From Candidatus Saccharimonadota bacterium (lineage in GTDB: Bacteria; Patescibacteriota; Saccharimonadia; Saccharimonadales; UBA4665): 64,000 nt of DNA. The stretch covers positions 14,848 to 78,847 of the forward strand of contig JABCZM010000002.1 in the NCBI GenBank assembly GCA_013289705.1. The letters run 5' to 3'. The position numbers and the translations under genes are program-made. Positions 27,260-39,814 of this stretch are shown here, one piece after another (position 1 is the stretch's first letter; each line of letters starts with the position of its first letter). The notes under the pieces are model-generated. The model had not been told where the DNA came from, did not search any database, and saw only the letters and a program-made list of their open reading frames with translations.

Positions 27260-29098
27260 ATGTGCGGTATTGTAGGCTACATTGGCGAACAACCTAAAGC
27301 GCTCAACGTCGTACTCGACGGCCTGAGTGCGCTTGAATATCGTGGCTACGATTCAGCGGGCGTGGCATATTTGGACAACAAAAAGCAACTGCTGCTCGAC
27401 AAGCAAGTTGGACGCGTCCAGGGGCTGATCGATAGCTTAGGCGGCGCTGATTTGCCGCCAACCACCACGGCCATTGGCCACACTCGCTGGGCAACCCACG
27501 GTATCCCAACCATTCCAAACGCTCACCCACAAAGCAACACCGATAAAACCATCATGGTGGTCCATAACGGCATTATCGAAAACTATAGCGAACTACGCGA
27601 TCATCTGGAAAAGCAAGGTTACAAATTTGTGTCCGAAACCGACACAGAAGTAATCCCCCACCTGATTGATTTTTATACCCGCACTACAACATCGTTTGTC
27701 GAGGCGTTCGAACAGGCCTTGCACCAGCTGCGCGGAGCATACGGCATCGTGGTAGCTACGTCAGCCGAGCCAGACACACTGTACGCTGCCCGACTCTCAA
27801 GCCCACTGGTGTTTGGCGTCGCCGAAGATGCCTTAATTGTAGCATCGGACCCGTCCGCCATCATGGAACACACCAAGAAAGTAATCTATTTGAACGACTA
27901 CGAGTTTGTTTGTCTGCATAGCGATGGCAGTTACGATATCAAGGATTTTGAGCATGACACCGTGGTGGAACGCGAAGTCGAGACATTGGAATACGATGCA
28001 GCACAGGCATCACTGGGTGACTACCCACACTTTATGCTCAAAGAGATCTTTGAAATCCCCGCAACGCTACGTTCGGCCACATTGGGACGCATTAAATTAG
28101 AGAGCAACACCGTAAAATTAGGTGGCCTAGAATCTGTCGCCGAACAGCTAAAGTATATTGATCGGATTGTGATTGTGGCCTGCGGCACGGCATCATATGC
28201 TGGCATGTACGGCGAATATTTGATAGAGGAACTAGCGGGAATTCCGGTGGAAGTTCAGCAAGCCAGTGAATTTAAATACCGCAACGAACCGTTTTCCCGC
28301 AGCACCGCGCTGATTGCCGTTTCCCAGTCCGGCGAAACCGCAGACACCATTGCCGCTTTGAAAAAAGTTGAAAGTTACGGTGTACTGCGTTTAGGTGTTA
28401 TTAATGCCGTGGGCAGCACCATGACCCGCATGACCGATGCTGGCGTCTATTGCCACGCCGGACCAGAACAAGCAGTTGCCAGTACCAAGGCGTTCTTTGC
28501 ACAGGCAACCGTGCTGATGCTGATTGGCCTGTACCTAAGCAATGGCCGCTCAGAAATCTACAAGCCACTTCTAGAAGAACTAGAAGCCCTGCCAAACAAA
28601 GCCAAACAAGTACTCGACCAAGCAGACAAGATTAAAGCACTGGCCGAAAAATACAAAGACAATCGAGACTTTATTTACATCGGTCGTGGCTATGCCTACC
28701 CCTGCGCACTGGAAGGCGCCATTAAGCTCAAAGAAATCACCTATATCCACGCCGAAGGCTACCCAGCTGGCGAAATGAAACACGGGCCACTGGCCCTGAT
28801 CGACGAAAACTTTCCGACCTTTGTGATTGCCACTGATTCTAAAGTGCTAGAAAAAACCTACGGCAGCATTCAGGAAATTCGTGCTCGCAAAGGCCCAGTG
28901 ATTGCCATCGCTACCGAGGGAAACACCGAAATCGCCAAACTTGCCGACGACGTCATTTATGTTCCTAAATCAATGGAGCAAACATCACCATTGCTCGCAG
29001 AAATCGTCATGCAACTCTTTTCATACTATGTTGCCGTAGCCAAAGACCTCAACGTCGACCGCCCTCGCAACCTTGCAAAATCAGTCACCGTCGAATAA
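27260..29098 (+). CDS. glmS: glutamine--fructose-6-phosphate aminotransferase (isomerising)
   Basis: MCGIVGY N-terminal nucleophile, two SIS domains, and a C-terminal ...LAKSVTVE. 612 aa. Confidence 0.97.
   Translation: MCGIVGYIGEQPKALNVVLDGLSALEYRGYDSAGVAYLDNKKQLLLDKQVGRVQGLIDSLGGADLPPTTTAIGHTRWATHGIPTIPNAHPQSNTDKTIMVVHNGIIENYSELRDHLEKQGYKFVSETDTEVIPHLIDFYTRTTTSFVEAFEQALHQLRGAYGIVVATSAEPDTLYAARLSSPLVFGVAEDALIVASDPSAIMEHTKKVIYLNDYEFVCLHSDGSYDIKDFEHDTVVEREVETLEYDAAQASLGDYPHFMLKEIFEIPATLRSATLGRIKLESNTVKLGGLESVAEQLKYIDRIVIVACGTASYAGMYGEYLIEELAGIPVEVQQASEFKYRNEPFSRSTALIAVSQSGETADTIAALKKVESYGVLRLGVINAVGSTMTRMTDAGVYCHAGPEQAVASTKAFFAQATVLMLIGLYLSNGRSEIYKPLLEELEALPNKAKQVLDQADKIKALAEKYKDNRDFIYIGRGYAYPCALEGAIKLKEITYIHAEGYPAGEMKHGPLALIDENFPTFVIATDSKVLEKTYGSIQEIRARKGPVIAIATEGNTEIAKLADDVIYVPKSMEQTSPLLAEIVMQLFSYYVAVAKDLNVDRPRNLAKSVTVE
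28997..29098 (+). repeat. direct repeat copy 1 (last 33 codons + stop of glmS)
   Basis: 102 nt, identical to 29805-29906 except at 2 positions. Confidence 0.9.
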
Positions 29099-29106
29099 CG
29101 TGACGA

Positions 29107-29136
29107 TTGACAATTAACACTGTTTTAGTGTACACT
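29107..29136 (+). promoter_or_regulatory. sigma70-like promoter TTGACA-N18-TACACT with ACACT/AGTGT inverted repeat
   Basis: TTGACA at 29107-29112 and TACACT at 29131-29136. The ATG at 29146 follows the -10 box by 9 nt, leaving a very short or no leader. Confidence 0.45.
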
Positions 29137-29145
29137 GGGCACACT

Positions 29146-29367
29146 ATGAAGAACATTACCCTCTCCGCCCCTGAAGCACTCATTGAGCAGGCTCGAAAAA
29201 AAGCAATTGCTAAGGGCACAACACTCAATAATGAGTTCCGTCTATGGCTGGAAGCGCAGACAGCGAACGGAGAAGAACGAGCAGCTCAATATAGGCAAGT
29301 CATGAAACGACTTTCGCACGTTAATGCTGGTCGTAAATTCACTCGTGAAGAAATGAACCAGCATTAA
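29146..29367 (+). CDS. small antitoxin (RHH/VapB-like) of the PIN module
   Basis: 73 aa starting MKNITLSAPEALIEQARKKAIAKGTTLNNEF. Sits 4 nt upstream of the PIN gene. Confidence 0.6.
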   Translation: MKNITLSAPEALIEQARKKAIAKGTTLNNEFRLWLEAQTANGEERAAQYRQVMKRLSHVNAGRKFTREEMNQH

Positions 29368-29371
29368 AAGC

Positions 29372-29906
<535 letters not shown>

Positions 29907-29941
29907 TCTTTAGCAACGAAAAGTATGATACTTTAATTCAT

Positions 29942-30160
29942 TCACAGCGGCTGGCCTACGCTTCGCTCAAAAGCAGCAATAATGTCCGTACTGGGATCAA
30001 TAAGATCTTCTGTTTTATAGGCATTAGCTTTTTTCTTGTGTGCCCAGACACCTATTTGAATGGGCTTTTTAACAGGGGCCGGAGCAATTACCGCTTGCGC
30101 CCTTCTGATGAGTTTGATGAGATTCGTCTTCGCTTCGTAGACGGGAATGACTTTACGCAT
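29942..30160 (-). CDS. orphan Phd/YefM-like antitoxin
   Basis: 72 aa. MRKVIPVYEAKTNLIKLIRRAQA resembles the Phd/YefM N-terminus. No toxin ORF lies downstream, where only the glmS relic is found. Confidence 0.5.
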   Translation of the reverse strand: MRKVIPVYEAKTNLIKLIRRAQAVIAPAPVKKPIQIGVWAHKKKANAYKTEDLIDPSTDIIAAFERSVGQPL

Positions 30161-30167
30161 ATGCTAG

Positions 30168-31247
30168 CTAGAGGTATTCAGTTTCGTTACGATCTTCAAG
30201 CGTCTTTTGGATGTCTTTGATCTTTTCGATTTGATCTTTGGGGATAATCAACAGCGCGTCTTCAGTGTCAACAATTACTAAGTTTTTAACGCCAGCAACC
30301 GCTATAAGCTTGTCTTTGTGGTCGGTTTTGATAAGCGAGCCTTTGGTGTCAACAGTGATAATATTGCCGTTTTCGTAGTTGCCAACCCCGTCTTCAAAAA
30401 AATCGTACACCGAGCCCCATGTGCCGACATCGGTCCATTTGTAAGGCAACAAGATAACCATCGCATCACCATTGTTCATGACATGATTGGTCACATCTTC
30501 AGTTGGACCTTTGTCCATGGTAGCGTAAATGGCTTCGATGGCTTCATTTTCGCCCGGTTTGTCCATGGCGTCTTTTATCTTCATTAATGCTTCGTACCAA
30601 TCGGGACGATACTTTTTGTAGGCTTCAAGCATGAGTTCTGGATACCAACAGAGGTGATTACAGTGTACTACAACGTGAAAATTTTCGACTAGCCGTTTGG
30701 CTTCACGAGCCGTTGCAGGACGAAACAGGAACTTATCTATCTTGTAGGCCTCACCACTACCGATAACTTCGACGTCGAGTTTTAGATAATCGACACCCAT
30801 AACTGGTTCGGTTGCTTTAATGCCACCGGTCACTGGCTGTTTATGTTTAGTGACAAGCTTCTCGGCCTGGCGAATCATCTCTAGGAAACCTTCTTCTGGG
30901 TCGCGGATGCAATCGGCCTGGACGATAAAAAATGGTTCATCAGGGTGATTCAAACTCAAACGAACAAAGGCTAAACCTTCGGCTGGGCCACGATCTTTGG
31001 CAACATCTGGTTCGACAATGTAGTTTTTGAGCGGAATTTGTGGTGACTGCTCGGATACGTATTTGATAAATTTACGCTTAGTTGAGATATAAATGTCTTC
31101 GGCGGTGAATTCTTTGAGCAACGTTTTGATTGTTTGCTCGTACGACGACACATCGCCGATAATCGGCTGGAATTGCTTGGGCTTGTCCTGGCGACTGTAG
31201 GGCCACATTTTAGTGCCTTGTCCGCCAGCGGTCACGATAATTTTCAT
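30168..31247 (-). CDS. sugar-phosphate nucleotidyltransferase (mannose-1-phosphate guanylyltransferase-like, no cupin domain)
   Basis: MKIIVTAGGQGTKMWPYSR (GxGTRxxP-like motif), 359 aa. Confidence 0.65.
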   Translation of the reverse strand: MKIIVTAGGQGTKMWPYSRQDKPKQFQPIIGDVSSYEQTIKTLLKEFTAEDIYISTKRKFIKYVSEQSPQIPLKNYIVEPDVAKDRGPAEGLAFVRLSLNHPDEPFFIVQADCIRDPEEGFLEMIRQAEKLVTKHKQPVTGGIKATEPVMGVDYLKLDVEVIGSGEAYKIDKFLFRPATAREAKRLVENFHVVVHCNHLCWYPELMLEAYKKYRPDWYEALMKIKDAMDKPGENEAIEAIYATMDKGPTEDVTNHVMNNGDAMVILLPYKWTDVGTWGSVYDFFEDGVGNYENGNIITVDTKGSLIKTDHKDKLIAVAGVKNLVIVDTEDALLIIPKDQIEKIKDIQKTLEDRNETEYL

Positions 31248-31322
31248 TCCTTATATGATACCAAACTAGAGCCGATAGCAAGAATCAAGTACAATGAAAG
31301 GACAATAAACTAGGGGGCCCTT

Positions 31323-33786
<2,464 letters not shown>

Positions 33787-34016
33787 TTTGCTAATTCCTT
33801 CTTTGTCCTAAAACCATGAGCCCTCGCCTTATAAGGCACTTTTTCGCTTACCAACTCGCGGTAATCGGATAATTGCGAGATTAGACCCTTATACCATGTA
33901 ACCTAAGTTCAGACGATAGCCAACCGCACCATGTCGAAGTTTCGTATCAAAAGCACGTTGTGGCTTGGCAAGCTGAAAATTACAAATCGTCGAAGGATTT
34001 ATAACAATAAACCAGC

Positions 34017-34631
34017 CTATTGGATTTGCTGTATGGTCGTTAGCGCATCGCCAACGGCTTGTCTCTGCTGAGTTGCATCACAGCCACCTGCTGAGCCTCC
34101 GCTATAGCCGATGTAGAAACCACCAAACTGCTTCACAAGCTTACCGCCGGCGTTATCGGAAGTTGGGTTTGTTGGGTATGTGCCGTCCACCTTGAATAAT
34201 ATCCCAAGTGGCGAGCTTGCAGGTGTACAGCTTGTGTTATCAGCAAGCAAGGAAGATGTGGACATATTCGCCTGTGTTGTTGCCAACGGCTTACCAGAAT
34301 CATCGTGAAGAGCCGCGCTCGTACCGGTATACGTAAAGACTTTGTAGGTTAAGTCTTTTATAGAATCGGGTACAGTTATCTCAACACCTAACTCAGATAG
34401 CTTGATTAGATTAGCGTTTGCAACAGGTGTGGCAGTTGATAAAGTTGCTGTCTTGGCCGGAGATGTCGTCGCTGGCTTTGTGGTCGTAGTAGCTGCAACT
34501 GGAGTAACGACAGTCTTACTGTGATTCTTATAAACCAAATAGCCCACAGCGCCGATCAACGCCACAATTACTAGAACTAGTATAATTTCAACAACACCAA
34601 AACCTGACTCGTTATTCCGTAGTTTGCCCAT
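34017..34631 (-). CDS. type IV pilin-like protein (prepilin-type N-terminal signal)
   Basis: MGKLRNNESG|FGVVEIILVLVIVALIG has Gly at -1, Glu at +5 and a hydrophobic helix. A Thr/Pro/Ala-rich linker and globular C-terminal domain follow. The start could be 34631 or 34637. Confidence 0.55.
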   Translation of the reverse strand: MGKLRNNESGFGVVEIILVLVIVALIGAVGYLVYKNHSKTVVTPVAATTTTKPATTSPAKTATLSTATPVANANLIKLSELGVEITVPDSIKDLTYKVFTYTGTSAALHDDSGKPLATTQANMSTSSLLADNTSCTPASSPLGILFKVDGTYPTNPTSDNAGGKLVKQFGGFYIGYSGGSAGGCDATQQRQAVGDALTTIQQIQ

Positions 34632-34780
34632 CTGCATAATCCTCGTATTAACTATTGCCTTGATTCTAAGCCAAGAGGAACAAATGCACAATACACTTAA
34701 GATGAATGCCGGATTCGTATAAAGTCGCCTGAAATGCTTAATTTTCGCCTTTTGGTGAGGATTTTTGTATACTAGCAGGG

Positions 34781-35350
34781 ATGAGTTTTGATCCAGTAGA
34801 TTATTCGAATTTGGGTGTCAAAGAAACTGTTATTCCTGGTTTTTACGAGATAGATTTGGTTATTCATGGCGATAGTCGTGGCTGGTTTAAAGAAAATTAT
34901 CAAAAGGAAAAATTAGAGGCGCTTGGCTTGCCGGCATTTGAGATTGTGCAGAATAACTTTTCTTTTAATGCCCAAAAAGGCGTAACGCGTGGTTTGCATG
35001 CCGAGCCATGGGAAAAGTTTATATCGGTGGCGAACGGCAGCGTGTTTTGTGCCTGGGTTGACCTGCGCAAGGGCGATTCGTTTGGCCAGACATTCTCGCT
35101 GGAACTCAATCCTGGCAAAGCGGTATTTGTACCTCGTGGCGTTGCTAACGGTTATCAAACGCTTGAAGACAATGTTACCTACACCTACCTGGTGAACGCA
35201 CACTGGTCAGCAGAACTTAAGTACGCGGCTGTCAATTTGTTTGACCCGGAGCTTGGCATCAATTGGCCATTTGGCAAAGATCAAGCAATTGTTTCGGACA
35301 AAGATTTGCAGAATCCCTTGCTCAAAGATGTAACACCAATGGAGTTTTAA
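34781..35350 (+). CDS. rfbC: dTDP-4-dehydrorhamnose 3,5-epimerase
   Basis: 189 aa. GDSRGWFKENY, GVTRGLHAEP and VFVPRGVANGYQTL motifs. Confidence 0.92.
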   Translation: MSFDPVDYSNLGVKETVIPGFYEIDLVIHGDSRGWFKENYQKEKLEALGLPAFEIVQNNFSFNAQKGVTRGLHAEPWEKFISVANGSVFCAWVDLRKGDSFGQTFSLELNPGKAVFVPRGVANGYQTLEDNVTYTYLVNAHWSAELKYAAVNLFDPELGINWPFGKDQAIVSDKDLQNPLLKDVTPMEF

Positions 35351-36217
35351 ATGGATGAATCACGCATACTGATTCTTGGTGCGTACGGCCAGCTCGGCAA
35401 GGCACTGCAAGCGAAATATCCACAAGCAAAAGCAGTGAACCATGACGCTTTTGATATGACCGACTGGGACATGATTGAAAAGTATGATTGGTCGGGGGTT
35501 GATGTTATTTTGAACGCAGCCGTGTTTGCAAATGTCGATGGTTCGGAAACACCAGAAGGTCGAGAAGCCGCCTGGAAAGTCAACGCCACTGGCCCCGGAT
35601 ACCTCAGTAAGATTGCCGGTGCACATAATATAGTCTTAGTACACATCTCGTCTGACTACGTATTCGATGGTACAAAAAACCCACATACGGAAGAAGAAGC
35701 ATTTACACCCTTAGGCGTATACGGACAAGCAAAAGCGGCTGGCGACATCGCCGTTAGTACAGCCCCAAAGCACTATATTGCTCGTACCTCCTGGTTGATT
35801 GGCGACGGCCCGAACTTTCTTCGTACGATGATGGGTTTGGCCGACAAAAACATCTCACCGACAGTTGTGGCAGATCAAATTGGCCGGCTTACTTTTACAC
35901 CCACCCTGGTAGCGGCAATCGACCATTTGCTAGTAAGCAAAGCAGCCTACGGCACCTATAACGTCAGCAACGATGGTGCTCCAGCTAGCTGGGCCGATGT
36001 TACGCGCACTATCTTCAAAGAACTTGGTCGTGACGATTTAACGGTAACCGATACGACGACCGACGAATATTTTGCCAGCAAAACCGGTATTGCACCACGG
36101 CCGCTTAAAAGCGCTTTTGACCTTACGAAGCTACGAAACGCTGGTTTTGTAGCATCCGAATGGCCCTCTGCATTACACGATTACATTCAAGACGAACTAG
36201 CCAAAGTAAAGGAGTAG
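35351..36217 (+). CDS. rfbD: dTDP-4-dehydrorhamnose reductase
   Basis: [21 protein letters not shown] and YGQAKAAGD (YxxxK). The start abuts the rfbC stop. Confidence 0.9.
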   Translation: MDESRILILGAYGQLGKALQAKYPQAKAVNHDAFDMTDWDMIEKYDWSGVDVILNAAVFANVDGSETPEGREAAWKVNATGPGYLSKIAGAHNIVLVHISSDYVFDGTKNPHTEEEAFTPLGVYGQAKAAGDIAVSTAPKHYIARTSWLIGDGPNFLRTMMGLADKNISPTVVADQIGRLTFTPTLVAAIDHLLVSKAAYGTYNVSNDGAPASWADVTRTIFKELGRDDLTVTDTTTDEYFASKTGIAPRPLKSAFDLTKLRNAGFVASEWPSALHDYIQDELAKVKE

Positions 36218-36221
36218 CACT

Positions 36222-37079
36222 ATGAAAGGTATTATTTTAGCGGGCGGTTCTGGAACACGACTGTACCCAATCACCAAAGGTATCTCAAAACAGCTGATGC
36301 CGATCTATGACAAGCCGATGGTTTATTATCCGCTCAGCACGCTCATGATGGCGGGCATTCGTGAAATTCTAATTATTACTACGCCTGACGATCAGGCAGC
36401 CTTTCAGCGCCTGCTTGGTGACGGATCGAGCCTTGGTTGCGAGTTTAGTTATGCCGCCCAGCCATCGCCAGACGGTTTGGCGCAAGCATTTATAATCGGT
36501 GAAGAATTTATTGGTGATGATAAAGTCGCATTGGTGCTCGGCGACAACGTCTTCTATGGCCATGGCTTTGGTAGTAGCCTTAAAGAGTGCGTCGACCCAG
36601 ATGGCGGCATTGTCTTTGCGTACCAGGTATCTGACCCTGAACGCTACGGCGTCGTGGAGTTCAACGACAAACGTGAGGCTATTTCTATCGAAGAAAAGCC
36701 AGCTCAGCCAAAGAGTAACTTTGCAGTTGTGGGTCTTTATTTTTACGATAACGACGTGATAGAGATTGCTAAAAATATTAAGCCAAGCGACCGTGGCGAG
36801 CTAGAAATAACCGCTGTGAACGACGAATATCTCAAACGTGGTAAGCTCAAGGTCCAAACCATGGGCCGTGGGTCTGCCTGGCTCGACACTGGTACATTTG
36901 AGTCCATGAACAGCGCCTCACAGTTCGTGGAAGTTATCGAAAAACGTACTGGCTTCAAAATCGGCTGCATAGAAGAGGTTGCCTGGGAAGAAGGTTTCAT
37001 AAACAGTGACCAACTGACAGCCCTAGCCGAACCTCTCAAGAAATCCGGCTACGGCGAATACTTACTCGATCTACCTTGA
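36222..37079 (+). CDS. rfbA: glucose-1-phosphate thymidylyltransferase
   Basis: [42 protein letters not shown] and [19 protein letters not shown]. Confidence 0.95.
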   Translation: MKGIILAGGSGTRLYPITKGISKQLMPIYDKPMVYYPLSTLMMAGIREILIITTPDDQAAFQRLLGDGSSLGCEFSYAAQPSPDGLAQAFIIGEEFIGDDKVALVLGDNVFYGHGFGSSLKECVDPDGGIVFAYQVSDPERYGVVEFNDKREAISIEEKPAQPKSNFAVVGLYFYDNDVIEIAKNIKPSDRGELEITAVNDEYLKRGKLKVQTMGRGSAWLDTGTFESMNSASQFVEVIEKRTGFKIGCIEEVAWEEGFINSDQLTALAEPLKKSGYGEYLLDLP

Positions 37080-37361
37080 AACTGTGATTGAATTACCTGT
37101 TAGTGTTGCTTTTACTGGGTAGGTATACGCGGGGACATCACCAATAACTGGATCGCAGGCGTCGTCAATGCCGTCATTATCAATGTCATGGCCACTGAGC
37201 GGAATAGTGAGACATTGGTCTTGAGCGTTCAAGATGCCATCACCATCCTAATCGTTGGTTATGGCTGCTATATAAACGACCCTATAGCTATCAATTGTTT
37301 GCTCGGCCATGTCTTTTCTAAGGAAATGCATCGTGTCATAGCCAGTTAACCAGTCCGTCAT
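37071..37361 (-). pseudogene. fragment of a thrombospondin-type-3 (Ca-binding DxDxDG) repeat surface protein, with an in-frame TAG
   Basis: The minus-strand frame reads MTDWLTGYDTMHFLRKDMAEQTIDSYRVVYIAAITND*DGDGILNAQDQCLTIPLSGHDIDNDGIDDACDPVIGD...SR*. The stop is at 37248-37250. There is no signal peptide or domain context. Confidence 0.35.
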
Positions 37362-37644
37362 CGTAACTCACTGGATAGTTCACATCGACCAAGTAACACG
37401 TCTTATTAACACCAAAGGTGACAACGCACCAAGGTCAGACGAGTCATTTGATTCATCGGTGATAGTTGGCCGCGTGCAATATCGTCTAGCAAAACTAGGC
37501 TACGCGCTGAATTTCTTGCGAAGCCCAGCAGGATTAATGGTTGCCATTTACCTACTAGCCATTATAATTGTCGTACTTGAGCTTCGACGACTAAATGCCT
37601 CTTACGAACAACCTACCTACCGACTAATGAACCACCTGCGCTAA
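37342..37644 (+). pseudogene. 5'-truncated SipW-type (S26B) signal peptidase I fragment
   Basis: The frame open from 37342 reads PVNQSVIVTHWIVHIDQVTRLINTKGDNAPRSDESFDSSVIVGRVQYRLAKLGYALNFLRSPAGLMVAIYLLAIIIVV. This matches the C-terminal two-thirds of SipW (VTHRI...TKGDNN...D...G.L.F...P.G + TM). The catalytic-Ser N-terminal part is absent. Confidence 0.55.
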
Positions 37645-37703
37645 GTAATCTAAATGCGCCACTATCCACGACCACGGATTGTAGTTATAATTGACAATAC
37701 TAT

Positions 37704-38153
37704 ATGCAAGAATTATTACTGTCGCTTATTCGACATCCTTTCAAGACTATTAACGGGCGAAAAGAGCTCCGCTATCTTGTAGCCGGTACAGCAAGTGAAG
37801 CCATAGAATATTTTAGCTTCCTTATCTTATTTGCGCTCGTGAATCAACTATACTTATCTAATTCTATTAGCTTTATATTAGGCGTCATTAGTGGTTTTAT
37901 CTTCCATAAAAATTGGTCATTTAGAGGCGAACACCAGTTTAAAACTAGGGACCAGTTTTTAGGATACGTTGGTTTGGCCGCAGTAAATTTTGTACTTATT
38001 AATTTGCTTGTTGGCTACCTTGTTGATGGGCTAAAAATTGCACCGGCAATTGCAAAGCTTGTAGCAATAGCAATAACCGTTATTTGGACTTTTGGGCTTT
38101 CAAATTTTGTGATATTTCGGCATCGAAAGCACGATGACGCACAGAAGCATTAA
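37704..38153 (+). CDS. GtrA family membrane protein (second copy)
   Basis: 149 aa with 4 TM helices. RYLVAGTASEAIEYFSFLIL and FHKNWSF motifs. Confidence 0.75.
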   Translation: MQELLLSLIRHPFKTINGRKELRYLVAGTASEAIEYFSFLILFALVNQLYLSNSISFILGVISGFIFHKNWSFRGEHQFKTRDQFLGYVGLAAVNFVLINLLVGYLVDGLKIAPAIAKLVAIAITVIWTFGLSNFVIFRHRKHDDAQKH

Positions 38154-38983
38154 TCCCCGTATATTTCTTGGGCAAAGCGAACGGCTTTTTCAACCCTGGC
38201 AACATTTTCGCCAATTTCTCCAGGGCGCATCTCAATTGATACATAATTTTGATAATTAATGTCGCGAAGTGTTTTTGCCGCCTCACGATGACGAACGTCC
38301 GCCCTGTCCTCAACTTGCTCGAGAAAAGGCGAGCTAATATGGAAATGTTGCAAGACACCTGAAGCATCGGTTATTGATTTGACAATGTCGTCACCAGCCA
38401 AAGTCATGCCGGCTATATCAAGGTGAAGGCCGAACCCCGGATTACTCACTAGGTTCACGAAATCAATTCCCTGCTGAGCATTTGTCACAAAATCACACGC
38501 ATATTCAGTTGGATTTGGCTCAATGCAGAATTTCACATTTTCCTCTTGGGCTCGTTTACCCAGAGTAGCAAAGAAAGCCTTAGCTACTTCATTGGCCTCG
38601 TGTTGTAGCATTTCGCTACGTTGGCGATTCTTTGGAGAGCCAAAGACCATGATCCCTGCGCCCATTTTGCCAGCTAAACCGATAAAACGCTTTAGATATT
38701 CGAGAGTTTTTGCTCTATTTTCCTCGTCCTCGAATATTTTGAGATCAGGACGCGAAAATAACATAGACTGGAAAGCAATTATTTCAATACCATAAGATTG
38801 CCAAAAATTCCTATACTCATCGGCTTCAGCTTGCGAAGCATTCGTAGGATTCTCCCATCGCTTGGTTGGTGCAAGTTCTACATATTTCATGCCTAGTTCA
38901 CGCAGCTTTTCAGCGACCGCCGCTTCTTCGTCATTTGTCCATGCGATGCTCGATACGGCCAGTTTCATTATGCTAACCCTCAC
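38150..38983 (-). CDS. xylose-isomerase-like TIM-barrel protein (sugar-phosphate isomerase/epimerase family)
   Basis: 277 aa. MKLAVSSIAW..., CIEPNP and LHLDIAGM metal-ligand-like motifs of the AP_endonuc_2 fold. Confidence 0.65.
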   Translation of the reverse strand: MRVSIMKLAVSSIAWTNDEEAAVAEKLRELGMKYVELAPTKRWENPTNASQAEADEYRNFWQSYGIEIIAFQSMLFSRPDLKIFEDEENRAKTLEYLKRFIGLAGKMGAGIMVFGSPKNRQRSEMLQHEANEVAKAFFATLGKRAQEENVKFCIEPNPTEYACDFVTNAQQGIDFVNLVSNPGFGLHLDIAGMTLAGDDIVKSITDASGVLQHFHISSPFLEQVEDRADVRHREAAKTLRDINYQNYVSIEMRPGEIGENVARVEKAVRFAQEIYGD

Positions 38984-39001
38984 AATATTTAGATTTATAC
39001 T

Positions 39002-39811
39002 TTAGAGTATATACGCTTGGCGGACAATATCTAATTCGGGAAGCACCTTTTGTAGATCACCAGGGTAACGCATTTCAAGAGATATAAATCCCAAATAACC
39101 CGACTGCTTAAGCGCCTGCGCCATTTCAGCATGCGGTACCAAGTTATCCTGGCTTAGTGGCGCAAGATCAGGGGCGCTAGCATCAAAAGATCGTATGCCC
39201 ACCTGCCGCATGGCATACGGCAAGTCCTGAACCCCCTCCTGTGCGCCAATTATTGCAGCGCTATCTAGATGTAGACCAAAACCGGAGTGATCTACATATT
39301 TAACCAGCTCGACACCCTCGCGAGTGGTCTTGATAAAATCATTGCCGTAGCCAGAGAGTGGTTCGACGCACAATACGGTTCCTTCTTCACTAGCCGTTTG
39401 CGCGACAGCAGTAAAAACCTCTTTAGCATTCTGCAGCCTTAGCCCCGAACTCAAACTATTCCCTTGTCGCAAAGCCGGTGAACCGAAAATCATAGATTCG
39501 GCCCCAAGTCTTCCAGCCAGCTCAGCCTGTCGCTTTAAGTGCTCGGTAAGATTACGCCGTTGATCAGATTCTCCGAAGAGTGCGACATCCTGGCGTCCAA
39601 AAGCCAGTGACTGAAGCCCAAAAACAGCCAAGCCCACATCCTCTAGTCGTTTTCTATAATCCGACACTATAGCGACATCAGTCAAAGGAGCGTCATCCCA
39701 GACCATTGTCGGTGCCAGTACCAAGCCCTCAACTCCATTAGCCGAAAGGGCAGAAAGCATACTGTACGGAACTTCCGCTGGCAATGCGATGCCGGAAATG
39801 GCGAGTTTCAT
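39002..39811 (-). CDS. xylose-isomerase-like TIM-barrel protein (second, divergent copy)
   Basis: 269 aa. CVEPLS, GLHLDSAA and ISLEMR motifs. Paralogous architecture to 38150-38983. Confidence 0.65.
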   Translation of the reverse strand: MKLAISGIALPAEVPYSMLSALSANGVEGLVLAPTMVWDDAPLTDVAIVSDYRKRLEDVGLAVFGLQSLAFGRQDVALFGESDQRRNLTEHLKRQAELAGRLGAESMIFGSPALRQGNSLSSGLRLQNAKEVFTAVAQTASEEGTVLCVEPLSGYGNDFIKTTREGVELVKYVDHSGFGLHLDSAAIIGAQEGVQDLPYAMRQVGIRSFDASAPDLAPLSQDNLVPHAEMAQALKQSGYLGFISLEMRYPGDLQKVLPELDIVRQAYIL

Positions 39812-39814
39812 AGC

